Part shown: positions 30,749-40,121 of the stretch, piece after piece | Numbering within the stretch: the stretch's first letter is position 1 | How the letters are laid out: each line of letters starts with the position of its first letter | Assembly: GCA_038321315.1 (NCBI GenBank) | Contig: JBBQEX010000005.1 | Location: 100,097 to 164,096 of the forward strand | Length of the DNA: 64,000 nucleotides | Source of the DNA: Haliangiales bacterium | GTDB taxonomy: Bacteria; Myxococcota_A; Polyangia; Haliangiales; Haliangiaceae | Reading direction: 5' to 3' | The notes under the pieces: model-generated | The model's input: the letters and a program-made list of their open reading frames with translations, nothing else | Databases searched by the model: none | What the model was told of the DNA's origin: nothing | Program-made: the position numbers and the translations under genes

Positions 30749-33253
30749 TCACTCCTTCGGAATGACGAGCTTGTCGACCAGCGACTTCAGCGGGGTGTTG
30801 TGGAACAGCCGGTTGAGGGTGTCGCCGATCGACTCGCCCTCGATGACGCGCTGCACCCCCCACGCCTGGGCGACCTTGACGAGCGTCTCGTCACGGCCGA
30901 GCGAGATGAGCGCCTCGCTGAAGTTGCCCGATGCCGCGGTGAACCGCGCAACCGCCGTCTCGGCCTCCGCGCGCAGGAGCTCGATGTGCTCGTCCTGCTC
31001 GCGGGCCAGGAACGCGAGCTCCTGGTCCTTCTCCTTCTTCACGCGCTCGAGGCGCATCTGCTGCTTGTAGCTGTCGACCACCTGCTCGGCCTCGATCACC
31101 TTCTTCTTCTCGTCGGTCTCCTTCAGCGAGTTCGCGATCCGCGCGAGTGCGGTCGCAAGCTCGCTCGTCGCGACCTCGCGGGCCAGCTCGTCCTGCCGCA
31201 TCTTGGTCTGCGCCTTGACCTCGGCCGTCTCGCGACTGATCACCTCGCGCTGGCGGGTGACCGCCAGCTCGCGCGTCAGGTTCGAGAGGTCGATGTTCGA
31301 GCGCACGACGTCGTGCTGCTGGGCGTCGAGCAGGGCGCGGATCTTGTCGTCCTGCAGCACGACCTTCAGCACGTCGACGTCGACGATCCGCATGCCGTTC
31401 GCGGTGAACGCCATGCCGGTGCGCTTGCCCTCGCTCGACTTGCCGAGGATCGCGTCGCGCACTCGATCGGTCGAGTTCGCGTAGAGATCTTCGACCGCGA
31501 GCTTGCGCAGCTGACCCTTCAACACCGAGCGCACGTGATCGCACATCAGCTTCACGTAGTTCTCGACGGCGAACCACCGGAGCGGATCACCCTCGAAGTC
31601 CACCCGGTACGACAGCTGGATCTGCACGTGCACGTGATCCATCGTCTCGACGGTCACGAGGTCCGACACCTGGTTGTTCTCGACGCGCAGGTACGGGGTC
31701 TCGAGCAGCTTGTCGATCGACTTCGGCGTGCCGGTCGACAGCGTCAGCGCCTCGATGCCCTCGTCGTAGTCGAGGAGCAGCGTGGTCGGTCCGACCTCGA
31801 CGCGGCGGCGACCGGTCTTGGCGGTGACGAGCACGGCGTAGCCGGTCCACACCGTGACCTGCGGCGCGCCCTGGTACTTGTTGTCGAGCGTCACCGTGCG
31901 CGGCTGCGTGTAGGTCGAGGCGCGCGAGAACTCGTCGGAGATCAGCGCCTGATCGCCGCTCACGCGACTCGCCTCCATCACCATGCCCGGCGTGCCCGGC
32001 TTCTGCACCCGCTTGCCACCGCGCTCGATGTCACCCTCCGACAAGACGCCATGGCGCGTCGTCGGCACGTTATGGATCAACGTGCGCACGCTCTGGTTGT
32101 AGCCGAGCGCCTCGGTGTTACCCGGGTACCACAGCGCGCACTCGCGATCCGACAGCACGCGGCGCACGATCACCTCGGAGCGCGGGTCCGGCAGCAACAT
32201 CGCCGGGCCACGCACCGTGCGGATCGCACCGGTGAGGCGGTTCATCACGTAGCGCGCCTCGCCGGCCGGGATGGCCGTCGCGAAGTGCTTCGCCTTGCCG
32301 TCGTACTTGATCGCCGAGTGCTCCTCGCGCGGAAAGTAGATCGCGGTGTCCTTGCCGGTGATGAACAGCTCGTCACCGGCGCGATGCACCGCACCGTTCT
32401 CGGTGTAGTCCGCGATCACCTTGATGTGGAGCCCCTGGATCTCGTTGAGCTCGACCGCGCGGAACTTCTTGCTCGCGCGACCACCGTCGTCACGCGCCTC
32501 GACGAACCGCTCCGTCGGCAACGGGAACACGACCTGCGGGCCGATCTCGTAGCGCTTCTTGCCGTTCTCGTCGACGAGGATCGCGTACTCGAGGCGCTCG
32601 AGCGTCAGCGCCTCGCGGGCGTACGCATCGCCGTCGCGCACGACCTCGATGCCGGTCGGCGGGATGTAGAACGACACCTCGGTGCCGCGGATGATCAGCT
32701 GCTTGCCGACGATGAGATCCGGCGGCGGCGTCGCGACGGACGCGACCTCGGCGTCGGTGCCGGCCGGCTTGACGACGGCCTTGCTCCAGTTCTTGCGCGC
32801 CTCGTCCTCGTTGTAGACGCGGACGAGCAGGTACTGGTTCGAGCGCAGGTGGTGGCCCTCGACGACCTCGGCCGCCTGGCCCGGCCACAGCGCGAACGTC
32901 GCCGGGCCCGGCACGATGATCGTGCGACCGATCTCGAGCTCGGCGCTCGGCTGCGCGCTGCCCTCGTCCGGGTGCTTGTTGGCCTTCGCCGGGTTGCGCA
33001 GGATGATGTAGAAGCCCTCGGCGGCGATCGGAGAGATCCGCATCGCCTCCTCGAGTGCATTGACGCCGCGGAACGTGTTCGACGCCGCGTCGTAGGTGAC
33101 GGACCGCTCCTGGGCCGTCGGGTTGATCACCGTCGGACCGCTGTACGTCTTGACGACACCCTTGGTGACGTCCTGCATGTACGCGTAGCTGCCCGGCGGC
33201 AACACGAGGTCGCGCTTCTGGATCTCGCTCATGATGTTGCTCGCTCCCTTCAT
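30749..33253 (-). CDS. Major vault protein (MVP) homologue: MVP repeat domains, an SPFH/shoulder domain and a cap-helix coiled coil.
   Basis: 834 aa. The N-terminus LVLPPGSYAYMQDVTKGVVKTYSGPTVINPTAQERSV parallels human MVP [38 protein letters not shown]. Shoulder: LVTVETMDHVHVQIQLSYRVDFEG versus [24 protein letters not shown]. A long C-terminal coiled coil follows (RETAEVKAQTKMRQDELAREVATSELATALARIANSLKE...). Confidence 0.8.
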   Translation of the reverse strand: MKGASNIMSEIQKRDLVLPPGSYAYMQDVTKGVVKTYSGPTVINPTAQERSVTYDAASNTFRGVNALEEAMRISPIAAEGFYIILRNPAKANKHPDEGSAQPSAELEIGRTIIVPGPATFALWPGQAAEVVEGHHLRSNQYLLVRVYNEDEARKNWSKAVVKPAGTDAEVASVATPPPDLIVGKQLIIRGTEVSFYIPPTGIEVVRDGDAYAREALTLERLEYAILVDENGKKRYEIGPQVVFPLPTERFVEARDDGGRASKKFRAVELNEIQGLHIKVIADYTENGAVHRAGDELFITGKDTAIYFPREEHSAIKYDGKAKHFATAIPAGEARYVMNRLTGAIRTVRGPAMLLPDPRSEVIVRRVLSDRECALWYPGNTEALGYNQSVRTLIHNVPTTRHGVLSEGDIERGGKRVQKPGTPGMVMEASRVSGDQALISDEFSRASTYTQPRTVTLDNKYQGAPQVTVWTGYAVLVTAKTGRRRVEVGPTTLLLDYDEGIEALTLSTGTPKSIDKLLETPYLRVENNQVSDLVTVETMDHVHVQIQLSYRVDFEGDPLRWFAVENYVKLMCDHVRSVLKGQLRKLAVEDLYANSTDRVRDAILGKSSEGKRTGMAFTANGMRIVDVDVLKVVLQDDKIRALLDAQQHDVVRSNIDLSNLTRELAVTRQREVISRETAEVKAQTKMRQDELAREVATSELATALARIANSLKETDEKKKVIEAEQVVDSYKQQMRLERVKKEKDQELAFLAREQDEHIELLRAEAETAVARFTAASGNFSEALISLGRDETLVKVAQAWGVQRVIEGESIGDTLNRLFHNTPLKSLVDKLVIPKE

Positions 33254-33355
33254 CTCGAAGGGGCCGATTTGCAGGACCGAGTCCAGCGATCAGTCCATGC
33301 AGATCCAACTAGTTACGTATAGTAAGATTATCGCAACGGATACGCATTGATACGT

Positions 33356-34126
33356 TCAGAGTGTCGACGGGCGTAGCCGTTCGAGCCCGACCCGCTCGTC
33401 CCAAGCGGCACTCCAGCCGGTGTACGTGATCGCGTAGCGCTTGCGCGGCAGCACCTTCGTGATCGATCCGGCGAACCACTCGTCACCGTATGCGATGTCG
33501 ACCTTGTCGCCGACCGCGTACCTGTCGGGAGTCTTCGCGGTCACGCGCGGTCGCAGCCGCTCGCGCGCGACATTTTCGGCCCAGTCCCAGCCGACGTACG
33601 AGACGCGATAGCCCACGGCGGTCTTCGCCTTGACGAACCCGGGGTACCACAACCACGCGTAGAGGACGGAGATGGCGTCTCCGACCTTGTAGCCTGGCTG
33701 CTTCGGCTTCGGCTTCGGCTTGTCGATCGCGCGCACCAGCTGGGCCGTGGTCGCCGGCGCTCTCCAGGTCGGCTTCCGCGCGTCGACCGTCCAGTCGATC
33801 CGGTTCGGCCGCTTCACGGCCTCGACCAGCGATGCCCACAGCTCCTTGCCGCGCATCGCGAAGTCGCCACCGCGCGCCTCGCCGACGATCCGTGCGGTCC
33901 CGACGTCGAACATCAGGCCGGCATCGCCGACCTGCCACCACTCGGCGCGGATCCCGCGGCCGCGCCGGATCGCGTAGCGCGCCGTGCGGCCGAGCAGCGT
34001 GTCGATCTTCGGGTGCGCGCGCGCGCCGCCGAGAAACGCGTGCAGCAGCGCGGCGCGGCCGCGATCGCGGGCGTCGAGCTCGCTCCAGCGCGCGCGCTCC
34101 TGGTTCCGGTGAAATCGCGGCTTCAC
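33356..34126 (-). CDS. Hypothetical protein with two tandem ~55-aa Tudor/SH3-like repeats.
   Basis: GTG start overlapping the upstream lipoprotein stop (GTGA). Repeat 1 is YKVGDAISVLYAWLWYPGFVKAKTAVGYRVSYVGWDWAENVARERLRP and repeat 2 is YAVGDKVDIAYGDEWFAGSITKVLPRKRYAITYTGWSAAWDERVGLERLRP. The rest of the 611-aa ORF (33356..35191) is antisense overlap. Confidence 0.5.
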   Translation of the reverse strand: MKPRFHRNQERARWSELDARDRGRAALLHAFLGGARAHPKIDTLLGRTARYAIRRGRGIRAEWWQVGDAGLMFDVGTARIVGEARGGDFAMRGKELWASLVEAVKRPNRIDWTVDARKPTWRAPATTAQLVRAIDKPKPKPKQPGYKVGDAISVLYAWLWYPGFVKAKTAVGYRVSYVGWDWAENVARERLRPRVTAKTPDRYAVGDKVDIAYGDEWFAGSITKVLPRKRYAITYTGWSAAWDERVGLERLRPSTL

Positions 34127-35415
34127 GGCGCCTTGGGCCGCGTGATCATCACGTGGCTGTGGTTGCCGAGATCGAGATAGCCGAACCGGAACGGCATCCG
34201 ATCCTTGGGCTTCTTCCACTTCTTGCGCGAGCTGACGTCGCCGCGCTGGCCGACCATGCTCGGCAGCACGGGACCGTCGAACTGGCCGTACGCGTCCTGC
34301 TCCATACCGGCGGGCTCGGCGAAGTTCGGCGCGATGCCGGTCGAGTCCGCGACCATCCACGCGAGGTGATCGAGCAGGTACTTGCGGAACGTCGAGAAGT
34401 CGTCGAGCCACAGGAGGTAGCTGCCGCCCTTCACGCACACCGCGACCTTGCCCTTGGCGGCGAGGTACGCGAGCACGCCGGGCTGCTTCGCGAGCGCCTG
34501 GTTCGACAGGTTCCACGCGATGTGGCGATGCACGCGCACGGTGGTCTCGCCGATCTTGCGGTACTTGACCTCGACGTTCTGGAACGCCTGCGAGAACGCC
34601 GGAGCCTTCCAGCTCCCGCTCAGCGACTTGCCGGGCTTCGGATCGATCTCGTCGGTCTCGTAGTAGTGGACCGCGCCGGTGTCGTCGAGCGCGAAGAACC
34701 GGACCGCGACCGGCTCGTAGCCGCCGGTCGACAATCCGAGCAGGTGCGACGACAGCTGCGCGGCGACCGAGCTGCGCTGCTCGTCGGACAGGTTGACGCT
34801 GAGGTTCGAGCCGACCCAGATCAGCATGCCGATGTCGCGGCGGAACGTTGCGAGGTTCCGGTCCAGCTCCTCGGGTGCGAGCGCGGGCAGCTTGCGCGGG
34901 TCGCCGGCGAGCTCGAGCGACAGGGTCGTGATGTCGGTCGCGTCGGGGAACGCGACCAGCGCGGACACCAGGTCGCCACCGCCGAACGCGTACACCACGG
35001 TCGTCGGGAGATCCTTGGGCTCGTGCGCGACGAACCACGCGCGCGCGACGTCGAAGTACTCCTTCCGGAACTTGTCCATGAATGGCGCGAGCGTCTTGCA
35101 GTGGCCGTCGATCACCTTCTGCAGCTTCGCCGCGCGATCGGCATCGCCGTGCGCGAGCACGTCGGGGATCGGGGTGTCGAGGTGGCCGCACGCGACGACG
35201 CGATACAGGAGCTGCACGTCGTCGATGAAGTCGTGCCCGGGTTCCTTCGCGGCGACGATGGCGGCCGGCGGGGCATCGGCGACCGGTGCGACCGCCGCAT
35301 CGGCCGGGGCTTGCACCACGACCGGCGCGATCGGTGCCGCGACATCGGCGGGAGGCTTGGCGTGATCGCTACAACCGATCGCGAGGGCGGCGATCACGAG
35401 CGCCGCCTGATTCAT
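34123..35415 (-). CDS. Lipoprotein of unknown function.
   Basis: The real start is MNQAALVIAALAIGCSDHAKPP (lipobox AIGC). 430 aa, with no recognised catalytic motif. The first 137 codons of the 34123..35826 ORF are run-through. Confidence 0.55.
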   Translation of the reverse strand: MNQAALVIAALAIGCSDHAKPPADVAAPIAPVVVQAPADAAVAPVADAPPAAIVAAKEPGHDFIDDVQLLYRVVACGHLDTPIPDVLAHGDADRAAKLQKVIDGHCKTLAPFMDKFRKEYFDVARAWFVAHEPKDLPTTVVYAFGGGDLVSALVAFPDATDITTLSLELAGDPRKLPALAPEELDRNLATFRRDIGMLIWVGSNLSVNLSDEQRSSVAAQLSSHLLGLSTGGYEPVAVRFFALDDTGAVHYYETDEIDPKPGKSLSGSWKAPAFSQAFQNVEVKYRKIGETTVRVHRHIAWNLSNQALAKQPGVLAYLAAKGKVAVCVKGGSYLLWLDDFSTFRKYLLDHLAWMVADSTGIAPNFAEPAGMEQDAYGQFDGPVLPSMVGQRGDVSSRKKWKKPKDRMPFRFGYLDLGNHSHVMITRPKAP

Positions 35416-35897
35416 CGCCGACCTCGGGCCGCGGTCACGACCGCGAGCGGATCGGCCCGGTGGGCCACCCACCAGGCCTCCCACGCCGCGAGCGTGGCGG
35501 CGTCTCGCGCCTCGTTCGCGGCGAAGTCGGGCTTCTTCATGCCACCGATGTGCGAGAACTCGCCGAGCTTCTGCTCGCCGCTGATCGCGCGGAGGATGCC
35601 CACCGCGCCCATGCGTCCCTCGACCCGCGGGCCATCGCCTTCGCTGAGATCGTAGAGCGCGGTCTCGTCGTGCAATCGCGCGATCGAGACCGTCAACGCC
35701 TGGACGAGCTGGGCATCCGAGCACCCCGTGATCGCAGCGTCCGACTCGAGGAATTCGGCGGCCGCATGGACCTTCGGCGCGAGCTCCATGGGCGGCGCGC
35801 TCCACAGCGCGAGCGCGTCGGTGCACGCCGGGGTCGCCGGCACCGGTCGGTTGGCGTGGCAGCCGAGGAGGGCCGCGATCACGACGGCGGCCCTCAC
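35412..35897 (-). CDS. Small lipoprotein of unknown function.
   Basis: The GTG start overlaps the epimerase-like gene stop (GTGA). VRAAVVIAALLGCHANRPVP (lipobox LLGC). About 160 aa. Confidence 0.45.
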   Translation of the reverse strand: MRAAVVIAALLGCHANRPVPATPACTDALALWSAPPMELAPKVHAAAEFLESDAAITGCSDAQLVQALTVSIARLHDETALYDLSEGDGPRVEGRMGAVGILRAISGEQKLGEFSHIGGMKKPDFAANEARDAATLAAWEAWWVAHRADPLAVVTAARGRR

Positions 35898-36664
35898 AGG
35901 AGCTCGATCCTCATCCAGAACGTGCGGGCCTCGCCGGCCGGGACCCACGCGCGGCGATCGGTGTTGATCGTTCCGGCGGGCCCGAAGAACGGCTCGAGAC
36001 AGATGAACGGCTTTCCGGGCTGCGACCAGAACTGCAGGTGCCGCATCTCCGGCGAGAAGCACAGCTCGAGCGCGCCGACTTGCGGGATCGCGAAGCGCGC
36101 GCGTCCGGTCGGCGGCGCGACGACGCCGAAGTCGAACTCGCGGTCGTCGCCGAGTCGGTCCGGCGTGAACCCGGCGACGTCACCGGTCACCGCGCTCTTG
36201 TCGGCCGCCGCGCAGCCGAAGTACGGATGCCAGCCCGGCGACACCGGCACCGGCTGATCGCCGGCGACGATCGCGAGCTCGATCTGGATCCCGCGCGGCA
36301 CGATCATCACGGTCTGCTCGGCGACGAACTCGTACGGATACTGCGCGCGGGTCTCGGCATCGGCGGCGAGCGCCATGCGCACCGACGACGCGCGCTGATC
36401 GACGACGCGCCACGCGCGGTTGCGACCGAAGCCATGCTGCTTCATCTTCGTGCCGGTCAGCGCCAGCGTCTCGTCGGCGAGCTTGCCGGCGAACGGAAAC
36501 AGGACCGGGATGCCGCCGCGCACGTTCTTCGTCGGATCGTCGAGCGTCGCGCGGTCGAGGTAGAGCACCGGCTTCCCAGCGACGGTCAACCCCGCGACGA
36601 TCGCGCCGCGGTCCGGCACGACCTCGACGACGACATCTCCTGATTCGAGCCTCATGCGAGCCAC
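35894..36664 (-). CDS. Aldose 1-epimerase-family (D-hexose-6-phosphate mutarotase-like) protein.
   Basis: 256 aa: ..GGIPVLFPFAGKL..QHGFGRNRAWRV.., a characteristic pattern of the YeaD/galactose mutarotase superfamily. Confidence 0.55.
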   Translation of the reverse strand: MARMRLESGDVVVEVVPDRGAIVAGLTVAGKPVLYLDRATLDDPTKNVRGGIPVLFPFAGKLADETLALTGTKMKQHGFGRNRAWRVVDQRASSVRMALAADAETRAQYPYEFVAEQTVMIVPRGIQIELAIVAGDQPVPVSPGWHPYFGCAAADKSAVTGDVAGFTPDRLGDDREFDFGVVAPPTGRARFAIPQVGALELCFSPEMRHLQFWSQPGKPFICLEPFFGPAGTINTDRRAWVPAGEARTFWMRIELL

Positions 36665-36688
36665 GATATCAGGCGCGTGACCGATCGA

Positions 36689-37666
36689 TCAGGTCTTGCA
36701 GGACATGCCGGCGGGCGGCAGCTTGCAGGTGCCGTTGGTGCACGTGAGGTTGCCGAGGCAGCTCGCCTGAGCACCGACCACGCAGGCATCTCCGGCGCCC
36801 GGTCGCGCGACGCACACCGCACTCTCGCAGGTCGCGAACCCGACGCAGGCGCCATCCGGACACGCCTCGCCCACCGTCGGTAGGCGGGTGCACTTCATCG
36901 CCGCGTTGCAGTAGTCGCGACCATCGGCGCAGCTGATGCCCGCGTCCTGCATGCATGCCTCGCCGGTCGCCGCCGCCTTCTTGCACGTGCCGGAGGAGCC
37001 CGAGCCGGAGCCCGAGGTGTCGCAGTACAGCGGGTTCGCGCACGCGTCGAACACGTCGCACGCGGTGCCGGCGCCGGTGACGAGCGCGGTGCAGGTGCCG
37101 CTCTGGGTACCGCTCGCGATCTTGCAGTACGCGGTCTGGTTGGCGCACACCTTGGTGTTGCCATCGCACGCCCCGCCGATCGCGACGACCGTCGGCTGCG
37201 GCACGTCGGCGCTGCACGTGCCGGCGCAACAAGCCGTGTTGCGATTGCAGGCCGTGTCGGTCTGCGTGCACACGGCATGACCGGCGCACTCCTGGTTGAT
37301 CTCGCAGGCCCCGCCGGTCGCGACGGTGCCGGTGAACACGCCGTCGCACGCGCTGACGTCGGGCGCGGTGTGGAGGCCGGCGAACGTGCAGCTCGACTTG
37401 AACTCGCCGAGGCACGCCGCGGCCGCGCCGGCGTCGTACTTGATGACGCCGGCATCGACGTCGGCGAACAAGGTGAGCGATTCGTTGTCGGTCGCGCCGG
37501 TGTGCGAGGCCTGACAGGTGGCGGTATCGGGGTCGTTGGCGCACGCGACGTCGCGATTGCAGCGCGCGTCGAGGATGTCGCCGGGCAAATCTTTGATCGC
37601 GATCGGGTCGTCACCACAACCGGCCACCACGACACCCAGGAGAAGCAAGGATCGGATATTTCGCAT
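36689..37666 (-). CDS. Cysteine-rich secreted lipoprotein.
   Basis: MRNIRSLLLLGVVVAGCGDD (lipobox VAGC). 325 aa with about 40 Cys in repeated CxxxC/CAxxxC modules (EINQECAGHAVCTQTDTACNRNTACCAGTCS...). Confidence 0.55.
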   Translation of the reverse strand: MRNIRSLLLLGVVVAGCGDDPIAIKDLPGDILDARCNRDVACANDPDTATCQASHTGATDNESLTLFADVDAGVIKYDAGAAAACLGEFKSSCTFAGLHTAPDVSACDGVFTGTVATGGACEINQECAGHAVCTQTDTACNRNTACCAGTCSADVPQPTVVAIGGACDGNTKVCANQTAYCKIASGTQSGTCTALVTGAGTACDVFDACANPLYCDTSGSGSGSSGTCKKAAATGEACMQDAGISCADGRDYCNAAMKCTRLPTVGEACPDGACVGFATCESAVCVARPGAGDACVVGAQASCLGNLTCTNGTCKLPPAGMSCKT

Positions 37667-37694
37667 TGACGCGATCGTATCCGCATTTGCCTGG

Positions 37695-38717
37695 TCAGCG
37701 GGTGTGCGTGACTTTGGTCAAGTGAAGCGGCAAGTCCGCGTCGAGCCCGCGGCACGTCGCGAGCGACGGGAGCGCGAGATACGCGGCCTGGAGGTGGACG
37801 AGCGGCGCGAGGATCGCGGGCACGTCGAGGGTCGGGAGCGTCACGGCACCGTCGACGTCGAGCGTCGAGATCACGCCGGCCCCGAGCGCGACGAGCCGCG
37901 CGAGCGTGGCGCGCATCGACGCCTCCGTCGGATCGCCGGCGTGTCCGAGCGCGACGATCGGGAACCCGGGCCCGACGAGGGCGAGCGGACCGTGCAGCAC
38001 CTCGGCGGTACTGAACGCCTCGGCATGGAGCCGGCAGGTCTCCTTGAGCTTGAGCGCGAGCTCCTGCGCGGCACCCAGCCCGAGGCCGCGCCCGAGCACG
38101 TAGAGATCGTGCGCGCCGGCGAGCGCGGCGAACGCGGGAGCCCAGTCGAGCGCGCGCGCGGCCTCGAGCGCATCGGGCAGCTGGGCGACCGCCGCGTGGA
38201 GCTCGGGCGCCTGGCTCCACGCGGCGGCGAGCTGGACGAACGCGAGCCCGGCGAGCAGCACCGACTTGGTCGCGGCGATCGCGAGCTCGGGCCCGGCACA
38301 CAGCGGCACCACGACGTCGCAGCGGTCGGCGAGCGGCGCGGTCGGATCGTTGAGGAGGCCGACGACGAGCGCCCCGGCGCGTCGCGCGGTGTCGGTGAGC
38401 TCGAGGAGATCGGGGCTGCGGCCACTCTGCGAGACCGCGATGAACAGCGCGCCGGCGAGGCCGCGCGGCGTGCGGTCGTACAGCGACGCGACGCTCGGGC
38501 CGACCGAGGCGACGATCCGATCGACGGTGGTCTCGAGGACGTACTTGCCGTAGGTCGCGGCGTGATCGGAGCTGCCGCGCGCACACGTCACCACGAACGG
38601 CGGCGGCGTCGCGCGCAGCCGGTGCCCGAGCTCGGCGAGCGGGGCGGCGCAGGTCGCGATCTGGCGGCGCGCGCCGGCAGCGGCCTCGCGCGCCTCGCGC
38701 TCGAGCTGCGACGTCAT
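37695..38717 (-). CDS. SIS-domain sugar-phosphate isomerase/aminotransferase-like protein (AgaS/GlmS isomerase-domain family).
   Basis: The real start is MTSQLEREAREAAAG at about 38717. There are two SIS domains (..FVVTCARGSSDHAATYGKY..FIAVSQSGRSPDLLE.. and ..LYVLGRGLGLGAAQELALKLKETCRLHAEAFSTAEVLHGP..). Confidence 0.65.
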   Translation of the reverse strand: MTSQLEREAREAAAGARRQIATCAAPLAELGHRLRATPPPFVVTCARGSSDHAATYGKYVLETTVDRIVASVGPSVASLYDRTPRGLAGALFIAVSQSGRSPDLLELTDTARRAGALVVGLLNDPTAPLADRCDVVVPLCAGPELAIAATKSVLLAGLAFVQLAAAWSQAPELHAAVAQLPDALEAARALDWAPAFAALAGAHDLYVLGRGLGLGAAQELALKLKETCRLHAEAFSTAEVLHGPLALVGPGFPIVALGHAGDPTEASMRATLARLVALGAGVISTLDVDGAVTLPTLDVPAILAPLVHLQAAYLALPSLATCRGLDADLPLHLTKVTHTR

Positions 38718-39316
38718 CGCGGGAGGCGCCGCGTCAGGAAGTGGATCGTCGAGGGCGCCGTGCGCCGCGACGGCAGCGCGCTGGTCGGTCGCTCCGGCGT
38801 GCCGGTCGCGAGGCCCTCGGTTGTTGGCCACGCCGGCGTCTCGCCGAACGCGAGGACGTGCAGCCCGCTCTGCCACGCGGCGATCACGTGCGTGTGACCG
38901 GCGGCGCGGCAGCCGAGGAAGCGTGTCCACGCGACGGCGAACGCCTGGCCGTCGCGCGCGCCGAACGTCTCGCACGTTCGCCACCACCACAGCGCGTCGG
39001 GGCCGACGAGTCGCGCGCGCACCGCGACGAGCGCGGCGTGCAGCGGATGGCCCGGCCTCGTGGCGGCGACGTCGAGCACGTCCGCGCCGATCAGCGCCGA
39101 GCCCCACTTGCCGTGACCCCAGAACTGGATCTCGCCGATCTCGTGGTCGGGCGCGACGGTCGCGAGCCACGCGAGCGCCTCGGCCCAGCTGCGCGCGCCG
39201 AAGGCGGCGTCGATCGCGAACAGCCCGCGATACAGGATCGCGCCGCTGCGCCACGCGAGCGACAGCGGATCGCGCCGCGTCGCATCGTAGATCAGCAGGC
39301 GGCGCGGGCTAGCCAT
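38714..39316 (-). CDS. Trp-rich hypothetical protein, coupled to the SIS gene.
   Basis: The start is MASPRRLLIYDATRRDP at about 39316, and the stop overlaps the SIS start (ATGA). I recognise no domain. Confidence 0.45.
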   Translation of the reverse strand: MASPRRLLIYDATRRDPLSLAWRSGAILYRGLFAIDAAFGARSWAEALAWLATVAPDHEIGEIQFWGHGKWGSALIGADVLDVAATRPGHPLHAALVAVRARLVGPDALWWWRTCETFGARDGQAFAVAWTRFLGCRAAGHTHVIAAWQSGLHVLAFGETPAWPTTEGLATGTPERPTSALPSRRTAPSTIHFLTRRLPR

Positions 39317-40085
39317 GGACGTGCGTTCCGAGGTCGCGCATCCACGCGGTCTCCTCGTCGGTGAGCGGGCCGCGCTCGATCGCGGCGAGGTTCTCGTCGA
39401 GCTGCTGGGTCGAGGCCGGCCCGGTGAGACAGACGTCGACGTGCGGGCTCGACAGGCAGAACCGGTAGCAGTCGCCGGCGGTCGCGAGCTTGCCCTCCCA
39501 GCCCTTGGGGCGCTGCAGCATCTTGCGCCAGCTGGTCGCGGTGTACGCGACGACATGCGGCTGTCGCCTGGCGAGGTGCGGGAAGATGTCGCGCTCGGCG
39601 CCGGGGTGCGCGGCGTTGTAGCGGATCATCAGGAGATCGAGCGGCGAGTCGTCGGCCAGCTTGCCGGCGCGCACGCGATCGTGGATCGACACGCCGAGCG
39701 CCCGCACCTTGCCGGACTCCTTCAGGTGGCGGAGCTCCTTCATCGTCGACTCGGTCCACGCCGAGCCGACCCCGAGCCACATCAGCTGGAAGATATCGAG
39801 GTAGTCGACGCCGAGCTTCTTCAGCTTGCGCTCGGCGCCGCGCCGCACGGAACCACCGAAGTAGCCGACCAGCGGGCCGGCCGCGACCACGAGCTTGTCG
39901 CGATCGCGGCGCAGCGCGTCGCGCAGCGGGCGTGCGAGCGGCCCGCGCGACGTGAAGTAGATGTAGTTCATGCCGCGGTCGAGGGCGGCCCTCACGCCCG
40001 CCTCGTCGATCCCGTAGTTGGCCGCCAGTCCCAATCGAAACACGCGCTTCCCGACCAGCCGGAGATCGCGATGAGTGAAATCCAC
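39309..40085 (-). CDS. Aldo/keto reductase family oxidoreductase.
   Basis: GTG start VDFTHRDLRLVGKRVFRLGLAANYGIDE.., ..VDYLDIFQLMWLG..GKVRALGVSIH..; typical AKR motifs. The start overlaps the upstream gene. Confidence 0.65.
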   Translation of the reverse strand: MDFTHRDLRLVGKRVFRLGLAANYGIDEAGVRAALDRGMNYIYFTSRGPLARPLRDALRRDRDKLVVAAGPLVGYFGGSVRRGAERKLKKLGVDYLDIFQLMWLGVGSAWTESTMKELRHLKESGKVRALGVSIHDRVRAGKLADDSPLDLLMIRYNAAHPGAERDIFPHLARRQPHVVAYTATSWRKMLQRPKGWEGKLATAGDCYRFCLSSPHVDVCLTGPASTQQLDENLAAIERGPLTDEETAWMRDLGTHVHG

Positions 40086-40121
40086 ATCCCATCGTAGCCC
40101 GGTCCTCGGTAGGATGCGTCC

